The position numbers and the translations under genes were made by a program. The notes under the pieces were generated by a model that was not told the origin of the DNA, ran no database searches, and saw nothing but the letters and a program-made list of their open reading frames with translations. DNA of 64,000 bases from Paramoeba atlantica (lineage: Eukaryota; Protista; Discosea): contig CDRNVI010000020.1 of assembly GCA_977017575.1 (NCBI GenBank), positions 1 to 64,000 on the forward strand. Reading direction: 5' to 3'. This document shows positions 9,679 to 22,488 of the stretch, piece by piece (positions within the stretch are counted from its first letter, which is position 1; every line of letters begins with the position of its first letter).

Positions 9679-12177
9679 GACTGTATTGACCTGTTCGGTG
9701 AGGAAAACATCTGGAAGTGAGTGACTCGAAGTCCACTTTTATTCGTGCGAAATACAAATAAGAAAAGTCTGTCTAATTTTGCAAATAATATCATACCGTA
9801 GTTCACGAATAAGTCCTTCATGTTTTCCTTAATTCCTGACACTAGTACAAAGGCCCAATTACATTTCCAAGAGTTTTAGAGCATCCGAGGGGAGCGGGAA
9901 ACAAGTTTTTTCCTGCGGGTGTAACTCCTTCAGCTTGCTTAGCGTTTCTTCATTGCTTAATTCATTTTTCTTGAATTCACGGTCCAACACTTTAGCTGCC
10001 TTAGATGCACACCCTTCCAGGGCTAGTCTTGTGGCACGCTTGATGGCCCTTTTGTCGCTCACGTGTTCTTCTTTGTTTTCATTGGCGTTCTGTTGGGTGT
10101 CATTCTGTGTTTCGTCATCTTTCTTCGTCGTGGGTCGCCGGCGTCTAGCTCTTCCCGTCGCAACTCTAGCTGCTGCTAGCGATAATTTCATGGCGGATAA
10201 CAAACAGTGCCATATGCTAGTTCGTTGGGGAAAATCGCTTTCTATGTAGCCGTGTAGTATGTCTCGATAGGTTGCAACGACACACGGAATCATTTCTTGA
10301 GTGAAAGATCTCAGAGTAGGGATTGGCTCGTAGTCGATGTTCCCTGACGCATTGTTTGGGATTATTAGGTTTTCCTGAAACGCTATTTGTTGCGCTGTAC
10401 ACTCGCACTGTTGTTCGTTTGGAAGAGTTTCTGCACTGGAACTGATTTCCACGCTCGGAGCGTTTTGTTGCCATATGATTCGGTAAATGCGTATATTCTC
10501 TATCGGTGGCAGGCTGCCTCGAAATTCCTCTCCAACCATGTATCCGTGAATCCCGGTGTAGATCAAGTTCACTTTCCCTTGCGCTTTGCTGTTTCTTGTG
10601 ACCTTTCCGGCGGAGACATTTAGGTCTGTATTTCGGTCGAATGCCCAAACAACAGTGCATATTGCCCCAGCCTTAGCACATCGAGAGCTATTCCATATTT
10701 CGTGACTTGGGATCGGAAAATCTGTTGTAGGGTTGATAGTTTTTATTAGCTCTATTGTGTCGCAGCTCAAGACTGTGTCGTTGTTTTCACATCTGTTTGG
10801 TGAAGTTGATGCCTGTGGGTTGAATGTTTCAGGTACGGAATCGTCATGACACAAAATGTGTTCCTGATCGAATTCTTCGGAAACAGAGGATTCACAGTCA
10901 TGAAATTCGAAAGTTTGTGGGGAGGAATCAATCGTTTGTGTTGTTTTTGTTGGCGTTTCGATGTCTTCCATCCGTGGATCCGATTCGGTGGCACGGTTTG
11001 TTATGATATCGATATGTTATGATATCGTGGTTTGTCCAGTCTGGCGTCATTGGAGCTTCTCTTTCGCTGTCTGTCGGCGATTTCGTTGGTGTCGGTGAGT
11101 CCACTGTTACTTGATTTTGTTTTTCGTGTACTGAACGCGTCGCCTTCGGGACCACGTGCTTCGGGAAGTCTTCCGATGATTGAGTTTGCATTTCTTCAAT
11201 TGACAGCGCCCTTACTCGCTCCGGTAAGTCCATTTTTGCAGGACCTTTTTCTTTTACTATTGTATCGGTTGTCGAGATCTCTGTCGGAGGTTTCGTACCG
11301 CAAGTTTGTGATTCTTTGGCCATTCGTGTTGCGGCGATTTCCGGCGATCGACCGGGTGATCGAGAAAGCGCTTTCGCATAGGAAATCTCGTTGCCTCTTG
11401 TCGGAGTTTGCGCGACTAGAGGGTGAAAATGTTTAATAATAGGTGGGAGATCATTGTTGGTTTCATTTGGTCTAATGGAGCTGGCACTTGATGTCATGTT
11501 TTCCGCAAATTTCATTCTTCGTTTTGATAGCTTACTCATCGATAGAATTGGCGTTGGCGGGACTGGTTTTCTTCCCACACCTCCGAGAGAAGAATGTTCT
11601 TGGAATGAGTTGGGTGGTATGGACGTACGTGACGAAGTGGTGGGAGAGGAAGCTCGACGCTGATCGCGTGCAAACGGAAAACGCGATGGGAAGTGGGCTG
11701 CAAGTGTGTCATAAAAGGACGGTTTCTTGCGTCCGTTTTTCCCGACTTCATTCTCGGATGCAGTTTCGCTCGCATGTGTTCGATTGCTCGATGCTTCAGA
11801 AGAAGCTGGGTGAGTGGTGGTCGTGCTGGTGTTGGGGTCCTGATTGTCGCGTGAACTATTTTTTGGGAAATCTTTTGGAGTAATCTTTTTGGGGAGTGAA
11901 GAACACGGGTGCGAATTCGTCGTCGATGGCGCGTGTTCTGATGTGACTCGGTTCGTTTCCTTGGGATTGGGCAGTGATGATGCATGTTCTGATCGCGATA
12001 TGATTCGATTCGATTCTTGTATGGAAATCGGGGGCGGTATCGTAGTGCTTTTGAAGCTAGAGAGTAGCTGGATCCCAGCGCGTGCGTCAAATTGCATTGC
12101 ATTATTTGCGAAGTAGATTTTCCTACGTCGAACAAGGTCTTTGGTCGATGCTACCAGCGGATTTGTCTGTTGATGGG

Positions 12178-12592
12178 GCGGTGATGGGGCTTGAGCCGAT
12201 TCTTGTGCGGGATTTGGCGGCAGTGATGCGCGTTCTGGCCGCGGTGTTGTGACTTGATTGGATTCTGGTGCGGGATTTGGCGGCGGTGGTGCGCGTTCTG
12301 GCCGCGATGTTGTGACTTGATCGGATTCTTGCGTGGGATTTTGCGGCAGTGATGCGCGTTCTGGCCGCGGTGTTGTGACTTGATTGGATTCTTGTGCGGG
12401 ATTTGGCGGCGGTGGTGCGCGTTCTGGCCGCGGTGTTGTGATCTGAACGGATTCTTGCGGGGGATTTGGCGGCGGTGGTGTGTGTTCCGGCCGCGGCGTT
12501 GTGATCTGAACGGATTCTTGCGGGGGATTTGGCGGCGGTGGTGTGTGTTCTGGCCGCGGTGTTGTGACTTGATTGGATTCTTGCGTGGAATT
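12178..12592 (-). repeat. 63-bp coding tandem repeat (~6.5 copies, 21 aa NPxQESxQ(V/I)TTPRPExxPPPP)
   Basis: Visible in both the DNA and the translation of ORF 10928-12787. Confidence 0.92.
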
Positions 12593-12807
12593 TGTTGTCA
12601 AAGTTTTCCGATGCGTTTCTTTCGTGCTCGAATTGGCTGGCGAAGAGACTCCTGTTTTGAGAAAAACATTGGACTTCGACTTGCATGACCTTATGTGCTT
12701 CGGCGGGTCAGGCGGACGATCTGAAAGTCGAACTCCGAGCGCAGCAGCCACGCTTCGTGTGAGCATCGGCATGGAAAAGTAAGACAATTAAAAAAAAGGC
12801 AACAACT

Positions 12808-12845
12808 CAACAAGGTACAGAAACTGTATCTTTATCGTTAAAGAT
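12808..12845 (-). ncRNA. SL-like exon copy at the 5' end of a CRE element
   Basis: ATCTTTAACGATAAAGATACAGTTTCTGTACCTTGTTG, followed by a 35-nt UTR and ATG. Confidence 0.8.
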
Positions 12846-12852
12846 AAATATA

Positions 12853-14410
12853 CATGGGTGGGCACCTTCAGAGTGGAGGGGTCTAAAATTCGTAAAACTT
12901 GTTCAATTTTGGAAAGTAATAGCGCATTCGTGAGCTCTCAAATAGTCTGGTGTAATCGTAAAAATCACTCTGCGAAAGTATACGGGAATCAAAGAAAGCT
13001 AGAATGGTCCCAAACACGAATTGCAACTTTATTTTTTAAGCGAAAAAGTCCTTTTTTTCCAAAAAAAATCTCAGTACCCACAATTTCCCCCTTTTTTCTC
13101 AATAACGATTTGAAAGCGCTTGGAGACACTCTTTATGGTCTTCACGCAAGTACTTTTGAGATCGGTTTGAAGTGCCTCGTATGCACTCTCGATAGAAGAG
13201 AGGAGATCTGCGCGATTGCGTGGTCGCATGCGATCCTTGTGCTGATCCATGATATTCCACAAGTTTTCGATGGGGTTGAGATCCGGTGACTTTGCGGGCC
13301 AGGGGAGCGTTCGCACGTTTTGCTGCTGAAAAGTACGCCTTGCCAAGTTGTGCGCAGGGCAATTGTCCATAGCAACAACTGCACGGTGCCTGTGTAGGTA
13401 GTTCAAAAGACCATTACGCTTGGTCATGGCAGCTTCGAAAACAGCCCCGTTCACAGTAACTCTATTTCCCTGCTCATCTCTATTAGGAAAAATGTGCAGA
13501 TGAAATCCATGCTTTATGCTTACCCCCATCCACACCATTATACCATCGCCCCCTACCCACGCTTCCAGCTCACCTAGCTGCTCTTTTACAGGGTCGGACC
13601 GTCGGCAAAGGTAGGTGTTTTTGGTAGACTTCTTGCAGGTAAACTTTTTCTCATCACAACAAATAATATTATCAAGCTGGTGTTCGCTCCAGCCCGACAT
13701 GTCCTTACAGAATCGGACTCTAACGTCTTTATGCTGTTGGGTTAGTCGTGGTTTACGCTGAACTACGCGGAGGATAATATCGGGCTTCAAAGCTCGAGCC
13801 AAAGTGCGTCTGGAACACTGAAACCCTCTGGATAGAAGTTCGCGATGTAGAACGCACCATGATTCCACACCATAAGGAAGATCCCGTGTACCCTCATCTA
13901 CTATGCGGAGTGCTTCTCCGATAAACAGTGATGTCCTAACTGTAAAATTCAGACGTCTGGGAATGCTTTCGACATCACCAGTTTCGCTGTAACGAATGAC
14001 CCATCGCTTCACAGTGCTCTCCGCTACTTCAAAATGGCGTGCTGTAGCATTGTAGGACCCAGAACGAAAGTAATGGTCTACGAGAAGCATGCGATGCGAC
14101 GGCCTTACCTTCCCAGGTGGTGAATAAGCATCTCTCTGGAAGAGAAACCGTGATGTTCGCGATCGTACACGTTTCTGAGGCATTAACGGCGCAAAAAAAC
14201 TAAAAAAAGCCAAAAAAACTGAAAAATTGCATCTTCGGGGAAAAATAAATTCCTTGTTTTTCTGTCATTTATCTCGAATGTCTAAAAACGGGAAACGGAT
14301 GTTGCCATTACACCAGACTATTTGAGAGCTCTCGAATGCGCTATTACTTTCCAAAATTGGTCAAGTTTTACGAATTTTAGAACCCCCCTCTCTGAAGGCG
14401 CCCACCCCTG
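12853..14410 (-). mobile_element. Tc1/IS630-superfamily DNA transposon, apparently intact
   Basis: 104-bp imperfect TIRs (12853-12956, 14307-14410); TA on both flanks; uninterrupted transposase ORF. Confidence 0.93.
13071..14213 (-). CDS. Tc1-like DDE transposase (380 aa)
   Basis: HTH 'YNATARHFEVAESTVKRWV'; catalytic motifs 'CCDEKKF', 'MDNCPAH', 'WPAKSPDLNPIENLW'. Confidence 0.93.
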   Translation of the reverse strand: MAFFSFFAPLMPQKRVRSRTSRFLFQRDAYSPPGKVRPSHRMLLVDHYFRSGSYNATARHFEVAESTVKRWVIRYSETGDVESIPRRLNFTVRTSLFIGEALRIVDEGTRDLPYGVESWCVLHRELLSRGFQCSRRTLARALKPDIILRVVQRKPRLTQQHKDVRVRFCKDMSGWSEHQLDNIICCDEKKFTCKKSTKNTYLCRRSDPVKEQLGELEAWVGGDGIMVWMGVSIKHGFHLHIFPNRDEQGNRVTVNGAVFEAAMTKRNGLLNYLHRHRAVVAMDNCPAHNLARRTFQQQNVRTLPWPAKSPDLNPIENLWNIMDQHKDRMRPRNRADLLSSIESAYEALQTDLKSTCVKTIKSVSKRFQIVIEKKGGNCGY

Positions 14411-14429
14411 TATATATATATATATATAT

Positions 14430-16330
14430 ATTATCTTTTTATTTTATCTTTTCTGTTTGTTTTTCCCACTCTCCTTTTCATACACCCTGTATTAGCCCAG
14501 AACCGATCTGGACTAACACGCATAATCATCCTTCGTGTCCGGTAAGTAGCTGCGCAATTGTGACTGTAGGATGGCACCATCCAATTCTTGTTGAAGCAAG
14601 ACAAAATCATTTAGAATGGCCTTCGGTTCGCGATAAACCTTTCCTGCAAGAATTTGCAGGAGAGATTTCGTGTTGTTGTGAAGAGCTCCGCAAGATGAGA
14701 TAGGCAGGCATTGAAATTGGTCATTTTGTAGCATCGACGACTTCACATATTTTGTATGTTTCCTGGGTATTGCATCTTGCATAGCCTTTTGTGGTGACAT
14801 TTTTTCATACGATGGCGAAAGCTCATGCACTACTGTGAGATCATAGTACGTCGCTCCGGAAGCCCAATAAATAACAAGATCCGGGCCTGATCTGTTCAAA
14901 ACTGCTCCGCGACATAATTTTGAGTGCTCGATCTTGGTTTCTTCGCTTAACACTTGCGAACATGCAGAACACGTGTATGTCGTGAATTCTCTAGGCTCAC
15001 GTGCACATGGCAAACCTGCTTTGAGACATAACTCGTAAATGTACCTCGTGAGAGAGTTATGTTTGGTTGTAGCGTTAATCCCAGAACAACGCACGCATCC
15101 AGGTATGTGAGTCAACGCGATAGCTGCATTTAGTAAGGTCTTACAACCTGGGCACAGAAGAGAGTCAGGAAGCTTAGGGTGACGGATTCCGAGTCTCGGC
15201 ATAACCGATAGAGTAAATTGCGCTGGGGGGATGTATCTTTCGGTGGCGTGCAACCATTGGTAACTTCCCTTCCTTGACGTGGCCGAAATAACCCTCCCGA
15301 TTTTCGGGTCCTTACACAGTTCCTCCTTCACTTGCTTGTGTAACTTAAGTTCCACTGCCTCCTCTTCGTCCGGTATGACCTTCGAAAGCGACACCTCCAC
15401 GCGTCCCCCATCCTGAGCAGAATATAGTTTTCGGCGCTCTAAGGATGCGTGACAAGAAGATTCATATGAATTTTCCCGTAGTGCATAAGTTGACGACAGA
15501 CCAAAACCCCCCAGTTTCAGCGGTATTCTCGCCCATTTTATTTGCGAATCGGCTAAAATACCAAACCACGTCTTCAGGACTTTATCGACTTCCATGTCGA
15601 ACTCAGATGCAATTTTTTCCGTAGCTTGGGGTTTGTGAACTCTGATATGAAATCGATGACGCACGTTAACACTCTTGGATAAAATAAGGGAGGACAGATT
15701 GCTCGCCCCCATTTCATACTCCTCCCCCCCTATTTACTGCAAAAAATAGAAAAAAAAGGGGGGCATAAAGGGCATAAATTGCTTCTTTTTATTATTATTG
15801 TTATCAAAATCATAAATTTGTATAAAAAAAAGCAATAACACAACTGTTCGCCGAAGTGGTAAAAGGGACTCTCCGTAAAAAAAAAATTCTGTTTGCACTC
15901 CTTCCTTTCTAAGTGTCTGCGGAATGGTCTTCTTGTAGATTCCACCGAACCAGACGCATTTCTCGGTTGATAATTCTAAACGTTTCTCCGTCAATAGATC
16001 TCTCAGGCTTGTAAATGCGTTTGCAAGCATTTCTGGATTTTTAGAAGCGAGGGTAATATCATCAATGAATGCGTTGACCGTGACCTCTGGAAACTCATGC
16101 GCTATTCTTTCGAGTATGGGTTGTAGGTAGGCGCAAAAGTAGAGAGTAGCCAAAGGAGATCCTTGTCTTAACCCCGCAGTGCTGGGTATCGCCTCAACGA
16201 ACCTACCTTCAGATCCAAAGTACAACAGTTCCGAAGCTTGGGAATATTCAAAAAAGAAAAACCGCTGAAAAGGACGGAGTGTAGCAAAAGCAAACACGTG
16301 ACGAGCAATGTCCCTTCTGTCCGGTGAATT
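14430..16330 (-). mobile_element. CRE family A element, 3' half (RT C-terminus, Zn knuckle, RLE endonuclease)
   Basis: 'GLRQGSPLATLYF...FIDDITL' (15734-16297); 'CPGC...HIPGC...KHN...RSGPDLVIYW...YYDLTVVH' (14513-15712); frames broken in a homopolymer-rich tract. Confidence 0.9.
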
Positions 16331-16463
16331 GAATACTGAGAACGGGATTCCCCCCCACCGGAACCCTCGGCCAACCTGCCCAAAAACTTAAAGCGAAGTA
16401 AAATAACAACCTAACAAGGATATATAAGATAATAGTAAATACCCAGATATATACGGATGCTTC

Positions 16464-16523
<60 letters not shown>
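16464..16523 (+). repeat. (GTA)20 microsatellite at the 3' end of a CRE fragment (ORF tip 16633-16820, minus strand)
   Basis: Direct reading; follows a 3' UTR after '...AYTVVSQLREYIPEEKWIGGMKQ*'. Confidence 0.9.
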
Positions 16524-16815
16524 TAACTTGCACTGTATGCTCCAATACCAATTTTCAGAAGAGGAGATGAGATGAAATGATATTAATTAAAACATACGGC
16601 GGAAACGACTAGATGTGAGGAAAGGCTTTATGCTATTGTTTCATTCCTCCAATCCACTTTTCTTCAGGGATGTATTCCCGGAGCTGTGATACTACGGTGT
16701 ATGCCGATAGCTTTTCGAGTTCGAGCCGGAAAGCGTCACGCACATTCTCATATTTTTGGTTTGCACGCTGTGACAACGCTTTTAGAAGGTGTTTCGTGTC
16801 GTTGTGTAACACACC

Positions 16816-17325
16816 TAATTTTCCTCCGGGACATTTGACTGTTTTATGTAGTAAAATAACAAAAACTAAATATAATATGATATATTGACCTACAGCTATC
16901 ACAGACTTTATACCTTGAAATCGCATTGTACTCCTATAAAGGTTGCATCTGAATAAAATTATTACTTGTTAACTTACGAGTGGGAATTCGCCGGCACTTG
17001 GTGTGGGGAGGTGGGTGGGCCCACAAAATATCCCTTTAGCAATAAAACGAGTAAGAATCTAACAATAATGTAAAACGATATTCTATCAATATTCTCCTCC
17101 TTTTAATATTTCCACTACGTTAAATTATTATCGTATACTTTCATAATTTTCCTCCGGGACATTTGACTGTTTTATGTAGTAAAATAACAAAAACTAAATA
17201 TAATATGATATATTGACCTACAGCTATCACAGACTTTATACCTTGAAATCGCATTGTACTCCTATAAAGGTTGCATCTGAATAAAATTATTACTTGTTAA
17301 CTTACGAGTGGGAATTCGCCGGCAC
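16816..17325 (+). repeat. ~180-bp direct repeat (16816-16997 and 17145-17325)
   Basis: Identical run TAATTTTCCTCCGGGACATTTG...GGGAATTCGCCGGCAC at both sites. Confidence 0.9.
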
Positions 17326-17379
17326 CCACCCACTCGCAAGTCCGCAGTCGGTCGAATTCTGTTCAAAACCCTGTCGCCA

Positions 17380-18930
17380 AGTTCCGAAGCGGTTCCGGCT
17401 CCACGGATCGGCCAGATTACTATCCGTGTGCACATAAATCGGAAGAACCTATAGTTTCCATTCCTGCAAGCGCGGAAGTAGCTCTGCGAGCACCGCTGCC
17501 AAAGAGGGCGAATTCGACCATTCATTTCAGAGCGCTGCGACAACGCTAGTGTTATCTATCAATAGATGCACCGTGTCAACGGCGCTCCACTGCGCCCTGA
17601 ATGCGTGAAAAGCATTATAAACCGCTGTGGCTTCTGCCCGATTTATTTCTATAGGCTGCGGCCATGGGGCTCCAGTCCCTAAAATTTTACCAAAGGGAGT
17701 AAACAATACTGCACCCCAACCTGCTTGGGATGCGTCAGTGTACAACACTGCCTCAGTTCCTCCAGTATGATCTCGATATTCGTACCACTGGTTGGCTCTG
17801 ACTTCATTTAGCCACATGTGCAGGTCATTGTAAACACTGATTGGCAACGTAATTTCCGTAGTGTCATTCAATTTTCCTCTATTCAATTGCGACAACTTTC
17901 GTCGAACAAATTTAATTGCCCAGTAGTATCGTGGCATGTTGATCTTCAGTACTCCGGATCCATACACAAGTCTTGCTGTTAAGGTTTCGAGCTCGTGAAG
18001 AGGCATTGTATGCCGAAGAATGTGTGGCAATTTCCTTATGAACCGTGCTGTCAATCGGTATTTTTGCGTCTGATGATCAAAATCAATACCAACAAAAGTG
18101 TACTTCGTTCCTCTAATAGAATCAGATTGCTTGAAGGTGGCCCTAATTTTTGAAGCGCATTCTTCGATCCACTTCTCAAATTCTTGACATGCATAGGAAG
18201 AGCCACTAAATCGAAAACCATCAACGTATACGTCAAGGTCGCCCCCTGGACCGAACCGTAAGTTGCTGCTATGGCTAGTGCAATACGATGGGTCTCCCGC
18301 TAATACTGCCGTAATGGTTTGCTGAATTTCAGGTGCACACACATGCCCCATAGGCATCCGTTTAAGCTCATATACGCGATTCTGGAAAACAAAACGATAA
18401 AAGGGACGTGTGCTCTCTGGAAGTTCTACTTGATAGAACTTACAGCGCAAATCCCGCTTCACAGCTTCTTCATTTTTTAGGGCGCTTACATAATGAACGG
18501 GTTGTGTTATCGGCACATATGGTGTGTACTTCTCTCGTAATGATAAATTATGCTCAGTCGGCCGACAAATAAACCTTCTTCGTTTTCGTTCTTCACGATC
18601 CTCAACAGTAGAAAAGGGGACCACCGTGCCTTTGGTAGGGTTGTCCTCTAAGGTTGTCTCATCTACACGTGCTATGATGTCACATTCCAAAAGTTTGTAT
18701 ATGTCGTTCACTGAGAGTGTTGTCTGAGAGGCAGGGTTTATATGTTTCGGCTGTTCTACTTCAGGAGCTGTTAGCAATTGCCATACTTCATCAAAACGGG
18801 TGCGGGATGTTTCGTTCATTAATTTTCTGACTTGATCCAAGTCTATCGGAGGAACATACGTTGCATGGAGGGGATAAGTGTCTCGCTGCTGTAGGCTCGG
18901 TAATATAGTCCTTCGATGAATGCGGGTCAA
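17380..18930 (-). pseudogene. RT + RNase H ORF of a VIPER/TATE-like tyrosine-recombinase retrotransposon (two in-frame stops near the C-terminus)
   Basis: 'KRDLRCKFYQV...RMPMGHVCAP...VYVDGF'; RNase H 'LYTDASQAGWG...LLIDNTS'; reading through TGA (17527) and a TAG gives 'YVHTDSNLADPWSR'. Confidence 0.88.
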
Positions 18931-19001
18931 CGTACGTCTGTTTCCAGGTAGTGGAATGTCATTATGAGTAAACCAATCCCCCGTAGATAAATCATCATAA
19001 G

Positions 19002-19829
19002 TTAAAGACGCTGTGTCGCTTTTTGTGTTCCCAAAGCTAGCGCGGTCGCTTCGTTCGTACCCGCATACCGTATCAACGTTGCCAATTGGCGGTGATGTGA
19101 CACCCTCATGACCTCTTCCAAATTCAATCGTCCCTCTGCTACTTGATGCATAAGGCCTCGTATTGCTCCATGTTTCAATGAATGGGATGTGTAGTTCTGT
19201 CCCGCGTGGGTCCGTAGGAATTTCGTAACCTGCTGTGTTGTCAAAGAGCTAATGCGTTTCCCCGGGCTGATTTTGCTGATGTAATTGTATATTCGACTCG
19301 TGCTGCGACCCTCTATAACTACCAAATTGTCCGGACGGAAAGGATGCTCCTTTGTTGTCTTCGTATTTTGTCCCCAATTGATAACTATTCGGGTTGGTGT
19401 TAGTACAATAAAATTCTGGCGTTTGAGCTTGGAAACTTCGCCCACTCTGGATGCCGTTTTGTAAGCAATATGGCATACGGCTGCCATTTCCCGTGTCATG
19501 ATAGGCGTTAATCTGTCTGGCGGGAAACGGGTTATAGGTAAGGCCTGCCTGCGGGGAACCGTAGCACCCCTGCGGATTAATGTTTTGGCATACATATCGG
19601 CCTTCGTAGTGGGCTTCTGCAGGCGGCGTAGGATAGCGATCAGGTGCTTGAGGTAGACTAATTTGGTTTGCATTGTAGTATAAATCCGGACTATGTATAA
19701 TATTACCCCTTGGTCCGTAAGTGGCAAACGGCGCCGGATCATATCCTTGATTAATCGTGCCCGGATATCCCAAGTACTCTTGGCGTAAAGGCTGGAGTTG
19801 GAATCAATTTGGATTTTGCCTGTAACCAA
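19002..19829 (-). CDS. Tyrosine recombinase of the same YR retrotransposon
   Basis: 'AYKTASRVGEV' (R), 'KTTK' (K), 'SHSLKHGA' (HxxR/K), 'SHH...LIRY' (H, Y); the YR-then-RT/RH order matches VIPER/TATE. Confidence 0.88.
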   Translation of the reverse strand: MVTGKIQIDSNSSLYAKSTWDIRARLIKDMIRRRLPLTDQGVILYIVRIYTTMQTKLVYLKHLIAILRRLQKPTTKADMYAKTLIRRGATVPRRQALPITRFPPDRLTPIMTREMAAVCHIAYKTASRVGEVSKLKRQNFIVLTPTRIVINWGQNTKTTKEHPFRPDNLVVIEGRSTSRIYNYISKISPGKRISSLTTQQVTKFLRTHAGQNYTSHSLKHGAIRGLMHQVAEGRLNLEEVMRVSHHRQLATLIRYAGTNEATALALGTQKATQRL

Positions 19830-20590
19830 TCGTTACTGCCTTTCTCACTGCATGCTTTGAGGCGGGGTGCAATTTCTGCATCTCCTTCCGTCAGTTCTTT
19901 GTATACCTTTAGGTTGTGCATCTTCTCAGTTACTTCTTCATCGTTTGTAATTCTTTCTGCTGAGTAATTTTCTGCTTCACGTGTTAAACGAGCTGAATTA
20001 GAATTAGGGCGCTCAAGGGAAACACGCAAAGACGATTCATACGCAGCATTACGGATCTGAGATGACGAAGGTAACCCTAGCCCTCCTTTCTTCAGAGGAA
20101 GGCGACACCACGATACCACCTTATCACTTATATTTCCGAGCCATTTCTGCAGCACTCCCTCGACTTCGTTGTCGAAATTCAGACAGAGTTTCTCGGTGGC
20201 TTCCGGCGTGTGAACACGCATATGAAATCTGTGCCGAATGTTTACACATTTCGATAGCAAGAGCAGCGAAATGTTATTCATCCCCATCGTCTTTAACCTG
20301 CCAAAGATTGTTTCGTGATCCCCAAGCTTTTGTAACAACCTTTCGCTAATGATATCATCATTTCCTATGTAGGCCCCCAAAACTTTTAGAGCTGCGTTTT
20401 CAGTTCTAACACCTTCTTCCGCAAGCTCTACTGGGATCACCACGCCATGTAGTCCTCCATACCAAATACACTTATGTTTCGCCATGGTAACTCGCTTTTC
20501 CTTGAAGAGCTCGTTTAACAGCAGAAACGCCTCCGTCAGCGCTTTTTTATCCTCTGAAACCAAATTTATATCATCGACGAAATCCACGCC
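19830..20590 (-). pseudogene. CRE family A internal fragment (RT C-terminus/thumb)
   Basis: 'FVDDINL...LKVLGAYIG...RLPLKKGGLGL'. Confidence 0.85.
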
Positions 20591-21512
20591 GCGGGGCATA
20601 AAAAATAACATGTATCGAATAGTAAACAAAGAAACAACTAAAATGTATCTGATTGCTCACAAGCCCTATTTCCCAATCTCAAAACATAACATCAACATTA
20701 AACTGTAAATAATATGTTCTCACGACAATTTTAGGGCTGCAAACATACATGTCACTGTCACTCTGTTAACGGGGTTCCCCCCACCGGAACCCTCGACCAA
20801 ATGGCTGGGGGCTCGGTGGGCGGGCACAAAAACTTTTGAAACGTAAGTAGAAAAAATAGCCTACCAAGAATATAAAGAATGAATAATGAAATTACAACAC
20901 TATTTGAAACAAATCATAATTTGAAGAAATTATGAAATCCACGGCGAGGGCATCCGGACATTAACATAATCAAATCACGAATATGATAAAGTAAAGAAGT
21001 ATCTAATTGAAAACATAGTTTATGTTGAACGTCTACTTCTCGTTATGCTATGGTTCCTCTTATGATGCTAGTAGATTTCTCCTATTGCTGAATAACGCGC
21101 GCTGTATAAATATTCAAAAAGGGGCCCTGGTACCACACAATTAAACTCAGAATGTTGAAGAAAAGGGAATACTTTGTGAAGGGGCTTAGCCCCCCACGCT
21201 CCGCAGCCGTGGCTGGGGGTTGGTGGGTGGGCTTCGAAAACGTGTAAATAAACTTTGAAGAATAGCCTTCACACAACACAAAATCAACAAACAGAACAAT
21301 ATTTCTACCAGAAACAATACATACATATTATCAATAATTTCACTTGAAATGTAATCATATAAAAGCTTAAAATACAGCGCGTACAATGCCCGCCGGCCAC
21401 GTAAGTAAATAGCCCTCGCCTAAATTTCTTACCGTAAACTTTTAGTGCCCCGAAGGGCCAAGCAGGCATAAACAACTCCCTGCCCCGCGGCTAAATTTCC
21501 AAACGTGGACTA

Positions 21513-22488
21513 TTAGTATGCAAACACCTTAATTTGCGGGAATTGTGCAGCGATGGTTTCCAGGATAGGTTGCATGAACGTACAAAAATACAGCGTTGAT
21601 AACGGGGAACCCTGTCGCACTCCAGTTGAGCTGAGTATGGTATCAACGAGCTCTCCGTCTTTACCATAGTAGAGAAGCTCAGATGGCTCCGCGTACTCTG
21701 TGTGGAAAAATCTTCTAAAGGGGCTTAAAGTGCACATGCCAAAAACTGTTTTTGCCATGTCACCATGCGTAGGCGAGTTAAAGGCGTTGGCAAGATCGAT
21801 GGACAGAATTGATTTGCCTTCACCGTAGTGCTGTCGTAGACGGTGTATGACTTTCTCGCATCCGGATTCCACTGAAACTCCAAACTGTAGTGGCGAGAAC
21901 AATTTTTCGAGTGTGTGCTCATGTCTTGCAACCAAAATGATACCCGCTAGCTTGACAAAGACTTCCCCAACGCATATCGGTCTAACTCCGTTGTTTTGCT
22001 TTGGTAACGCCACTAGACGAACACGTTTGAGCCTATTCATGACTTGTTTCGACAGAAAACCATTAATTAGATCCGCAAACATATGGCACATTGACACGCA
22101 ACAAATTTCATCGTCCAGCAAAAGCCGAATAATTCCATCTGTGGTGCCAGTTGGGCCGGGGGCAGATCCTTTGGCTAATCGCCGTCCTGCAGCTCTCAAT
22201 TCTTCAGTCGATAGGATGGCAATTTCAGGAGAATCGGGCGGAAGATCGAAAGTATCCCAGTTTTGAGGATGTAGATCCCGCAACTTTTGGCATATTTCTT
22301 GATCATTTAGCGTGTGCTTTTGAACCTTTTGGTCCAAGACTTTTGCTGCCTTGGATACGCATCCTTCAATGACTAGCCGTGTGGCTTTTTTTATGGCTCG
22401 AGCATCTACTCTTTGTTCCTCTACTTCAGATGTTTGTGGAGTGTTGCTTTCTGGTGTAAGTCGCGTGCGTCTTTTCCGCGTCGACATT
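21513..22488 (-). pseudogene. CRE family A internal fragment (RT N-terminal half)
   Basis: 'KGSAPGPTG...LVALPKQNNGVRPICVGE...SIDLANAFNS...GVRQGSPLSTLYF...FAY'. Confidence 0.88.

Larger units (their letters stand above)
9859..12845 (-). mobile_element. CRE/SLACS-clade non-LTR element family A, 5' part with SL (3'-truncated before the RT core)
   Basis: SL at 12808-12845, ATG at 12772 (MPMLTRSV); ORFs 10928-12787 and 9859-10971 are frameshifted; 'RAIKRATRLALEGCASKAAKVLD...LHP' matches the pre-RT region of other family A copies. Confidence 0.85.
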
